IMG/VR virus record: IMGVR_UViG_3300021138_000019
Coordinates: 1 to 64,000 of that record
Origin: a virus
DNA: 64,000 nucleotides
Direction: 5' to 3' (one strand)
Under the pieces are notes generated by a model. It ran no database searches. It was not told the DNA's origin and worked only from the letters and a program-made list of their open reading frames with translations. This document shows positions 58,146 through 64,000 of this stretch, one piece after another. Position 1 is the stretch's first letter; each line of letters starts with the position of its first letter. The translations under genes and the position numbers were made by a program.

Positions 58146-59195
58146 ATGTCAAAAGTTTTGTTTCTTCTCAAGCGCAGGGAAGATTATCATAGTATAACGC
58201 ATTCAAATATCGGTTTAAGTACCGGCTTATACAATTCGGCAAGTTTCATGTATGAAATGCTGAACAATAATGGTGTGCAATCAAAATTAGTTGTATGTAT
58301 AGATAATAATTGTATTGACCGTGAAGTCAATATATATAAACCAACTCATGTAATTATTGAAGCTCTTTGGGTAACACCAACCAAGTTTGCAATACTACAA
58401 AAGTTGCATCCTTCAGTTAAGTGGATTATCAGATTACATTCTGAATTACCATTTATGGCAGGTGAAGGTATTGCTATGGATTGGATTGCCGAATATTCAA
58501 CCTATAAAAATGTTGTTATTGCATGTAATGCACCACGAATGTTACATGACATGAGGGTGTATGTAAAAGAACATTTTGGGTTTAGAATTTGTAAAATTGA
58601 AGAAAAGATTGTATATTTACCAAATTATTACCCGCAAGAATTTGATATTAAAAAATTAGATACTAAAAAAGAATTTGTTGATGTTGGTTGTTTTGGTGCT
58701 ATAAGACCGCTTAAAAATCATTTATCACAAGCACTAGGCGCATTACAATTTGCTAATCGAATAAAAAAGAAATTGAGATTTCATGTCAATGCCGGACGTA
58801 TTGAAATGAAAGGTGAGCCAATGATTAATAATCTAAAATCTTTTTTTATACAGGTTAATGATACCGGACATCAACTGATAAACCATCAATGGACTCCTAG
58901 AGATAATTTTACCGAATTGTGTTCAAAAATGGATATTGGTTTGCAGGTAAGTTTTTCGGAAACTTTTAATATTGTTGGGGCAGATTTCGTATCTCAAGGA
59001 GTACCATTTGTTGGGTCTTTAGAAATACCGTGGATGTCAAATACTTTTGCCGCAGATCCTACTGACACAAAAGATATTGCCAGAAAATTAGAATTGGCGT
59101 ATACATGGCCTCGTCTAAATACATGGTTAAATAGAAAGAGTCTCAAAAATTATACTGATGAGACCCTTACTATATGGTTAAAATATTTTAAATAA
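58146..59195 (+). CDS. Glycosyltransferase-like protein (GT-B type C-terminus)
   Basis: FGAIRPLKN and Q.SFSETFNIV.AD....G.P. Confidence 0.6.
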   Translation: MSKVLFLLKRREDYHSITHSNIGLSTGLYNSASFMYEMLNNNGVQSKLVVCIDNNCIDREVNIYKPTHVIIEALWVTPTKFAILQKLHPSVKWIIRLHSELPFMAGEGIAMDWIAEYSTYKNVVIACNAPRMLHDMRVYVKEHFGFRICKIEEKIVYLPNYYPQEFDIKKLDTKKEFVDVGCFGAIRPLKNHLSQALGALQFANRIKKKLRFHVNAGRIEMKGEPMINNLKSFFIQVNDTGHQLINHQWTPRDNFTELCSKMDIGLQVSFSETFNIVGADFVSQGVPFVGSLEIPWMSNTFAADPTDTKDIARKLELAYTWPRLNTWLNRKSLKNYTDETLTIWLKYFK

Positions 59196-59204
59196 GGAAA
59201 ACAA

Positions 59205-59396
59205 ATGTCACATCACATGGTAAAAAAACACAAATGGGTTGGTGGTGTTTTAGAATCTTCTTCACATTTTTTTGATTCTTTTGAAAGTGCTAAGGAATTT
59301 TTAAATACACAAGATGCTGATACGTTGAAAATTTTTAATGCTAATGGTGAATTAGTTCACGAATTAGTCACAACAACCAACACATCCATATCCTGA
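59205..59396 (+). CDS. Hypothetical protein
   Basis: SD AAGGA, 63 aa. Confidence 0.55.
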   Translation: MSHHMVKKHKWVGGVLESSSHFFDSFESAKEFLNTQDADTLKIFNANGELVHELVTTTNTSIS

Positions 59397-59572
59397 TAAC
59401 TTTTTTTAATTTGCTTTGATGATTAATTTTTATGAATATTCCAATAAAATTAACGCTCGATCAAATGCATCTCACAACAAAACTTTTAGAACTTTTAGAA
59501 GAAGTAGAACACGCCGGTAAATTCTTATTTTATTGCTTCGTGTTTTTTCTGGGTATAACAATTAGCGTACTA

Positions 59573-60379
59573 TTAATCCTCTTTTGGGCTTTCAAAAATA
59601 GGTTTCTTTGATTTTTCAATATACTCTAAGATCTCCCTCTTTCTCAATTCCTCTAATTTATATTGATTAGTGTGTTGAAAAAGACTGGGATATCTTTTTT
59701 GTGCATCATGTGCAATATAAGCGAAAACGCAACTCATTGAAAATATTATAACAAGTAATACACCACCAAAATACGCATCGGCTCGTAGATGTTGCATAAA
59801 GATAGCCTTTCTTCTTGCATCCGCCGCTTCCATTTTCATTTTTCTAGCGATGAGAATTTTTTCTTGTTCCCCAAGCTCCTCCATCATTTTATTCACATCA
59901 GTCCACAAAGCACCAAGTTCAGGCGGACTTTGATAAACTACTAGCTCACGCAAATCAACACTCATTTGCTGTAATTTCTTTTTCATTAAGACTCGTTGCA
60001 ACGCACGTTTACCTAAACTGGCGTCACCTTCATAAATATGAGTTTTTGCATACTTTTCTTCCTCAGCTAAAACGGTTTGGCATTTATAAAATGCGTCAAA
60101 AAATTCACCGAGCCTTTCACCAATTTCAGAATAAATATCATCAGTATCCCCACCTTTTTTGTTTAACTCAATTATTTCATTTTTCTTTTCGATTAATTGT
60201 TTTCGTTGTTCATTCGTTGCAGGTTTATCTTTATGGTGGTCGTGGAACTGCTTATCAAGATCGTCAAGAACTTCTTTTACGTTCCCTGCCGCACCTTTGA
60301 TATCTTTGTAGAGTTGACAACCTTTTTTGACAGCCGCAACAGCGGCATTCGCCATAGCGAATAATGTTATTGGATCCAT
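59573..60379 (-). CDS. Helical membrane-anchored protein of unknown function
   Basis: MDP.TL.A.A..AV..VK.GC N-terminus, coiled coil, one TM helix near the C-terminus. Minus-strand ATAAATA at 60484-90. Confidence 0.7.
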   Translation of the reverse strand: MDPITLFAMANAAVAAVKKGCQLYKDIKGAAGNVKEVLDDLDKQFHDHHKDKPATNEQRKQLIEKKNEIIELNKKGGDTDDIYSEIGERLGEFFDAFYKCQTVLAEEEKYAKTHIYEGDASLGKRALQRVLMKKKLQQMSVDLRELVVYQSPPELGALWTDVNKMMEELGEQEKILIARKMKMEAADARRKAIFMQHLRADAYFGGVLLVIIFSMSCVFAYIAHDAQKRYPSLFQHTNQYKLEELRKREILEYIEKSKKPIFESPKED

Positions 60380-60442
60380 TTAAAGAGTTATAATTACCAG
60401 ACATTAATAATCAAATTTCATGGTAAAGATAACAAGAACTGC

Positions 60443-60471
60443 TTGACAGTTCAGACGATTTCATATATAAT
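60443..60471 (+). promoter_or_regulatory. Perfect sigma70 promoter upstream of tRNA-Gly and gp43
   Basis: TTGACA-N17-TATAAT. Confidence 0.75.
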
Positions 60472-60490
60472 AGACAATCTATCTATTTAT

Positions 60491-60564
60491 GCGTGGTTAG
60501 TTTAATGGTAGAATTAGAGCCTTCCAAGCTCAAGACAAGGGTTCGATTCCCTTACCACGCTCCA
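60491..60564 (+). tRNA. tRNA-Gly(TCC)
   Basis: gagc-ctTCCaa-gctc, acceptor gcgtggt/accacgc, TCCA end. Confidence 0.92.
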
Positions 60565-60580
60565 ACATTATAAGGTTATT

Positions 60581-60895
60581 ATGAGTATACAAGTTTTGAA
60601 ATTAGTGACAGGTGAAGAAGTTCTTGGTGATATAGAAAGATTGTCACCAATATCTCATTATAAAGTTAAAAATCCGGTAGGCATCTCAATTGTTCGTGGT
60701 AAAGATGGACAACCAAACATCGGATTTTCACCGTTTCCACTACATGCGGAACAAATAAAAGATTCAACTATTGACATCCCAAGTACATCCATAGTATACT
60801 CATACACACCAGCACAAGATTTTATTGACAACTATAATCAAGTATTTGGTTCAGGTATCGTATTACCAAAACAGAAAGAAATTATTCTAGGATGA
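60581..60895 (+). CDS. Conserved Sm-like hypothetical protein upstream of gp43
   Basis: LKLVTGEEV.G and Y...FGSGIV.P. Confidence 0.7.
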   Translation: MSIQVLKLVTGEEVLGDIERLSPISHYKVKNPVGISIVRGKDGQPNIGFSPFPLHAEQIKDSTIDIPSTSIVYSYTPAQDFIDNYNQVFGSGIVLPKQKEIILG

Positions 60896-62181
60896 ACTTC
60901 TACACAAGCGTTCACGTTATCGGCAATAACGTAATGTTTCGAGGTATTAGAAATGGTAAAAGAGTTAAACAAAGAATTGAATACTCGCCATCTCTATATC
61001 TTGAAACAAAAAAAGATTCCAAATACAAAAGTCTGCAAGGTCTAAACTTAGAGCAAAGAAAATTCGAAACTATCCGTGATGCTAGAGACTTTCTAGACAA
61101 TTGGCGAGATGTTTCTAATGCGCCTAAGATATATGGTCAGGCTCGTTTCGAATATGCATATATCACAGACCATTATCCTGATCTGATTGATTATGACTTT
61201 GAACAGTTAAGAGTTGCCGTAATTGATATCGAGGTCGGTTCAGAGAATGGCTTTCCTGACCCATACGAAGCGACAGAACCCATCACAGCGATTTGTATTC
61301 AATGGGTCAATGGTAAGACTTATGTGTTTGGTTGTGGCGACTATGAAACTAAAGGTAACGAAATCTATGTGAAGTGTAAAGATGAATACGAACTTTGCAA
61401 AAAATTCGTAATGCTATGGGCTGAAGACCCGCCAGATATTCTATCCGGCTGGTACATGAAAGACTTTGATGTGCCTTATCTCGTCAATCGGTTTAGGCGT
61501 ATTGTGGGGGATGATTTCGCAAAACAATTATCCCCATGGAACATAATCAAAGAACGCAAAACTATTATTAACGGTAAACAAGTTCTTTATTATGAACTTC
61601 TTGGAGTTTCCTGTTTAGATTACATTGATTTATATAAGTGGTATGCTCCTAACGGTAAGTCGCAAGAAAATTATCGCTTAGAAACTATTGCTCAAGTTGA
61701 ATTGGGTGAAGGTAAGTTATCATATGATGAATATGATAATCTTCACACATTGTATAGGCTCGACTATCAAAAATTCATAGAGTACAACATCAAAGACGTT
61801 GGTCTTGTAATGAGACTTGAAGAGAAGTTGAAGTTACTTGAACTTGCCATTTCTTTGACATATGATACAAAATCAAATTACGATGATGTGTTTGCACAGA
61901 CTCGTATGTGGGATGCATTAACTTATTCTTACCTAAAAGAGAAAGATATCATTGTACCGCCACGTATCGTCAAAGATAAGAACATGGCATTTGAAGGTGC
62001 TTATGTAAAAGAACCGCAAGTAGGTTTCCATGAATATGTTGTGTCATTCGATTTGAATTCTCTGTATCCTCACCTTATGATGCAGTATTCCATAAGTCCT
62101 GAAAACCTTGTGGAAAGAAGTTATATTTCCGAAAGAAAACAAAAACTGATTGAGGAGTTAAAGTTGAGAAACACTAAATAA
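60892..62181 (+). CDS. gp43: DNA polymerase gp43, N-terminal half (exonuclease plus palm motif A)
   Basis: DIEV (Exo I), FDVPYL (Exo II), YNIKDV (Exo III), SFDLNSLYPH (motif A), then a stop. Confidence 0.93.
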   Translation: MNFYTSVHVIGNNVMFRGIRNGKRVKQRIEYSPSLYLETKKDSKYKSLQGLNLEQRKFETIRDARDFLDNWRDVSNAPKIYGQARFEYAYITDHYPDLIDYDFEQLRVAVIDIEVGSENGFPDPYEATEPITAICIQWVNGKTYVFGCGDYETKGNEIYVKCKDEYELCKKFVMLWAEDPPDILSGWYMKDFDVPYLVNRFRRIVGDDFAKQLSPWNIIKERKTIINGKQVLYYELLGVSCLDYIDLYKWYAPNGKSQENYRLETIAQVELGEGKLSYDEYDNLHTLYRLDYQKFIEYNIKDVGLVMRLEEKLKLLELAISLTYDTKSNYDDVFAQTRMWDALTYSYLKEKDIIVPPRIVKDKNMAFEGAYVKEPQVGFHEYVVSFDLNSLYPHLMMQYSISPENLVERSYISERKQKLIEELKLRNTK

Positions 62182-62205
62182 GTAGATGTGGTTACTTATT
62201 AGGAG
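62174..62205 (+). promoter_or_regulatory. Late-promoter core plus RBS-adjacent hairpin upstream of the HNH gene
   Basis: CTAAATA at 62174-80. Stem aataagta/tacttatt extends into the SD AGGAG. Confidence 0.6.
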
Positions 62206-62210
62206 AATCA

Positions 62211-62744
62211 ATGAAATATAATATCACTAAGGATAAACTCTTTGAACTATTCATTATCAAAAATATGAGAAGGAATGAGGTAGCTGAATACTTTGGTTGT
62301 TCGGATGCCAACATAAAAAAATACCTAAAAAAATTTGACATTAAGAAGCCTTTTGATTTAGAATGTAAGAATAAAGAACGAAAGTCTTTATTAAATTGTT
62401 TGCATTGTGGTAAAGAATATGAAACGCAGAAGTTTCGGACCGAAAGTGAGAAATATGATTCAAAATATTGTAGTTATTCGTGTGCTCAAAAAAGTAGGTA
62501 TTTGGGTGAAGAACATAAACGTAGAATTAGAAATGAAATTGCCGCAAGGCGCAGAGCAAGAATACGGAATCAAACTCCAAAATTAAGTAAAAAGGAAAAG
62601 AAGAAATTGCAGGAATATTATTTGATTTGTCCTAAAGGACACGAAGTGGACCATATACAGCCTATTGCAAAAGGCGGTTTACATCATCCTGATAATTTAC
62701 AAATATTAACTAGAACTGAAAATAGAAAAAAGTGGTGTAAATAA
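62211..62744 (+). mobile_element. Free-standing HNH homing endonuclease inserted in gp43
   Basis: N-terminal HTH, CxxC..CxxxC zinc finger, and EVDHIQP..KGGLH...NLQIL...EN..K HNH motif. Confidence 0.88.
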
Positions 62745-64000
62745 TGTTTTGTGATATAAAAAATATGACAACTGAAGAACTTGAAAAAGAGCTTCAGGCT
62801 ATAGAATTGTTTGAACAAGAAATTGGTAAAGTCAATGTTAATAATATGTTGAGCAAATCTATTGATACCTCATTTCTGGTTCCAATGAAATGTACACTCA
62901 CACCTAACGGACAGTTGTTCAGAACCGACCAACAAGGCTTCTTACCTAAGATGTTGGAAGAAATGTATGAAGATAGAAAGAAGTTTAAGAAACTATATCT
63001 ACAAGCAAAACAGGATTACGAAAATGAAACAGATGAAAGCGCCAAATACGAAATTGAAAAACGAATCTCCAAGTTCAATAACTTACAACTAGCAAAGAAA
63101 GTTGGTCTTAACTCTGCATATGGTGCTCTCGGTTCTCAATATTTTAGGTTCTTTGACCTTAGATTGGCTCTTGGTGTAACTACGGCTGGTCAATTGAGTA
63201 TTCGTTGGATTCAAAATAAGATAAACGATTACATGAATAATCTGTTAAAAACCGAAACTGATTATGTAATTGCATCCGATACGGATTCAATTTATTTAAG
63301 ACTTGGTGAATTAGTAAATAAAGTTTATGGTGTTAATGGTAAAGTTTCTATACCAATAACAAAGGTAATTGACTTTATGGATAAAGTTTGTAATGATAAA
63401 CTTGAACCTTACATTGAGAAGTCCTATAAAGAATTAGGCGACTATATGCAAGTATTCAAGCAAAAGATGCAAATGAAACGAGAGTCACTTGCCGATAAAG
63501 GTATGTGGACTGCTAAGAAACGTTATATTCTTAATGTATATGACAATGAAGGTGTTAGATATAATGAGCCAGACCTTAAGATTATGGGTCTTGAAGTTAT
63601 TAAATCATCCACACCATCCGCTATTCGAGTTAAAATGAAAGAAATGATCTCATTAATAATGAAAGGTACCGAGAAAGATATTCAAAAGTTTATCAAAGAC
63701 TTTAAGAGAGAATTCAAATCAATGCCCCCTGAAGAAATTTCTTTTCCTAGAGGTGTTAACGGTATAAGAAACTATTCTAATTCTGGTAGTATGTTATACA
63801 TCAAAGGTACGCCAATTCATGTTAAGGGTGCAATTCTATACAATCATTATCTGAAAGAAATGAAACTTACCAAAAAGTATGAATTAATTAAAGAAGGTGA
63901 AAAGATTAAGTTTACATACCTAAAAGAACCCAATCCATTTAAAGATTCGGTAATATCATTTCCAAATCGTATTCCAACCGAGTTTGGGCTTGACAAGTAT
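62744..64000 (+). CDS. gp43: DNA polymerase gp43, C-terminal half (runs off the window)
   Basis: ATG overlaps the HNH stop (TAATG). Motifs TPNG..F....[15 protein letters not shown] (motif B), ASDTDS (motif C), KKRY.LNV.D.EG. Absent from the ORF track because there is no stop in the window. Confidence 0.92.
   Translation, partial: MFCDIKNMTTEELEKELQAIELFEQEIGKVNVNNMLSKSIDTSFLVPMKCTLTPNGQLFRTDQQGFLPKMLEEMYEDRKKFKKLYLQAKQDYENETDESAKYEIEKRISKFNNLQLAKKVGLNSAYGALGSQYFRFFDLRLALGVTTAGQLSIRWIQNKINDYMNNLLKTETDYVIASDTDSIYLRLGELVNKVYGVNGKVSIPITKVIDFMDKVCNDKLEPYIEKSYKELGDYMQVFKQKMQMKRESLADKGMWTAKKRYILNVYDNEGVRYNEPDLKIMGLEVIKSSTPSAIRVKMKEMISLIMKGTEKDIQKFIKDFKREFKSMPPEEISFPRGVNGIRNYSNSGSMLYIKGTPIHVKGAILYNHYLKEMKLTKKYELIKEGEKIKFTYLKEPNPFKDSVISFPNRIPTEFGLDKY

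Noticed and set aside
164-61100. Numerous short alternative-frame and minus-strand ORFs overlapping long genes (e.g. 627-836, 2090-2527, 11109-11519, 43738-44118, 46915-47343)
   Set aside because: They are shadows of codon-biased + strand genes, with no RBS or recognisable motifs.
62182-62743. Group I intron or intein interrupting gp43
   Set aside because: There are only 29 nt of non-coding sequence before the HNH gene and none after it. No P7/catalytic core or intein terminal residues are recognisable, and the two halves are in different frames with their own stop and start.

Overview
This is 64 kb of an AT-rich, large T4-like myophage genome, almost entirely on the + strand, using the standard genetic code. 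It has five parts. (1) 1-24.3 kb: a modular tail-fibre/adhesin region with Ala/Asn coiled-coil fibres, three HxH collar paralogues, two multi-LamG proteins, two glycine-rich proteins and recurring small adaptors. (2) 24.3-38.6 kb: the conserved T4 morphogenesis block gp13-gp23 plus gp3. (3) 38.6-53.4 kb: recombination, transcription and replication genes (uvsY, uvsW, gp55, gp47, gp46, gp45, gp44, gp62, regA), interspersed with a cytidylyltransferase, peptide deformylase, DNA methyltransferase, glycosyltransferase-like gene, dNTP diphosphohydrolase and hsp20. (4) 54.2-60.6 kb: a region with 12 tRNA genes, DnaJ-domain, GroES and other accessory genes. (5) 60.9 kb to the end: a family B DNA polymerase (gp43) split in two by a free-standing HNH endonuclease. 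The best novel candidate is a 32-codon leader ORF missing from the ORF track (54246-54344), followed by mutually exclusive antiterminator and terminator hairpins directly upstream of the tRNA array. Its codons are strongly enriched for the amino acids whose tRNAs the array encodes, which suggests a translation-coupled attenuator that senses host tRNA depletion. Other highlights: helical appendages on both halves of the split polymerase, a +1 frame break at UUU-CGG in gp47, a ROSE-like thermometer on hsp20, long-stem RNAs attached to tRNA CCA ends, and a plug/socket pattern among the fibre adaptors. All annotations come from reading the sequence and recognising motifs; no database searches were run.
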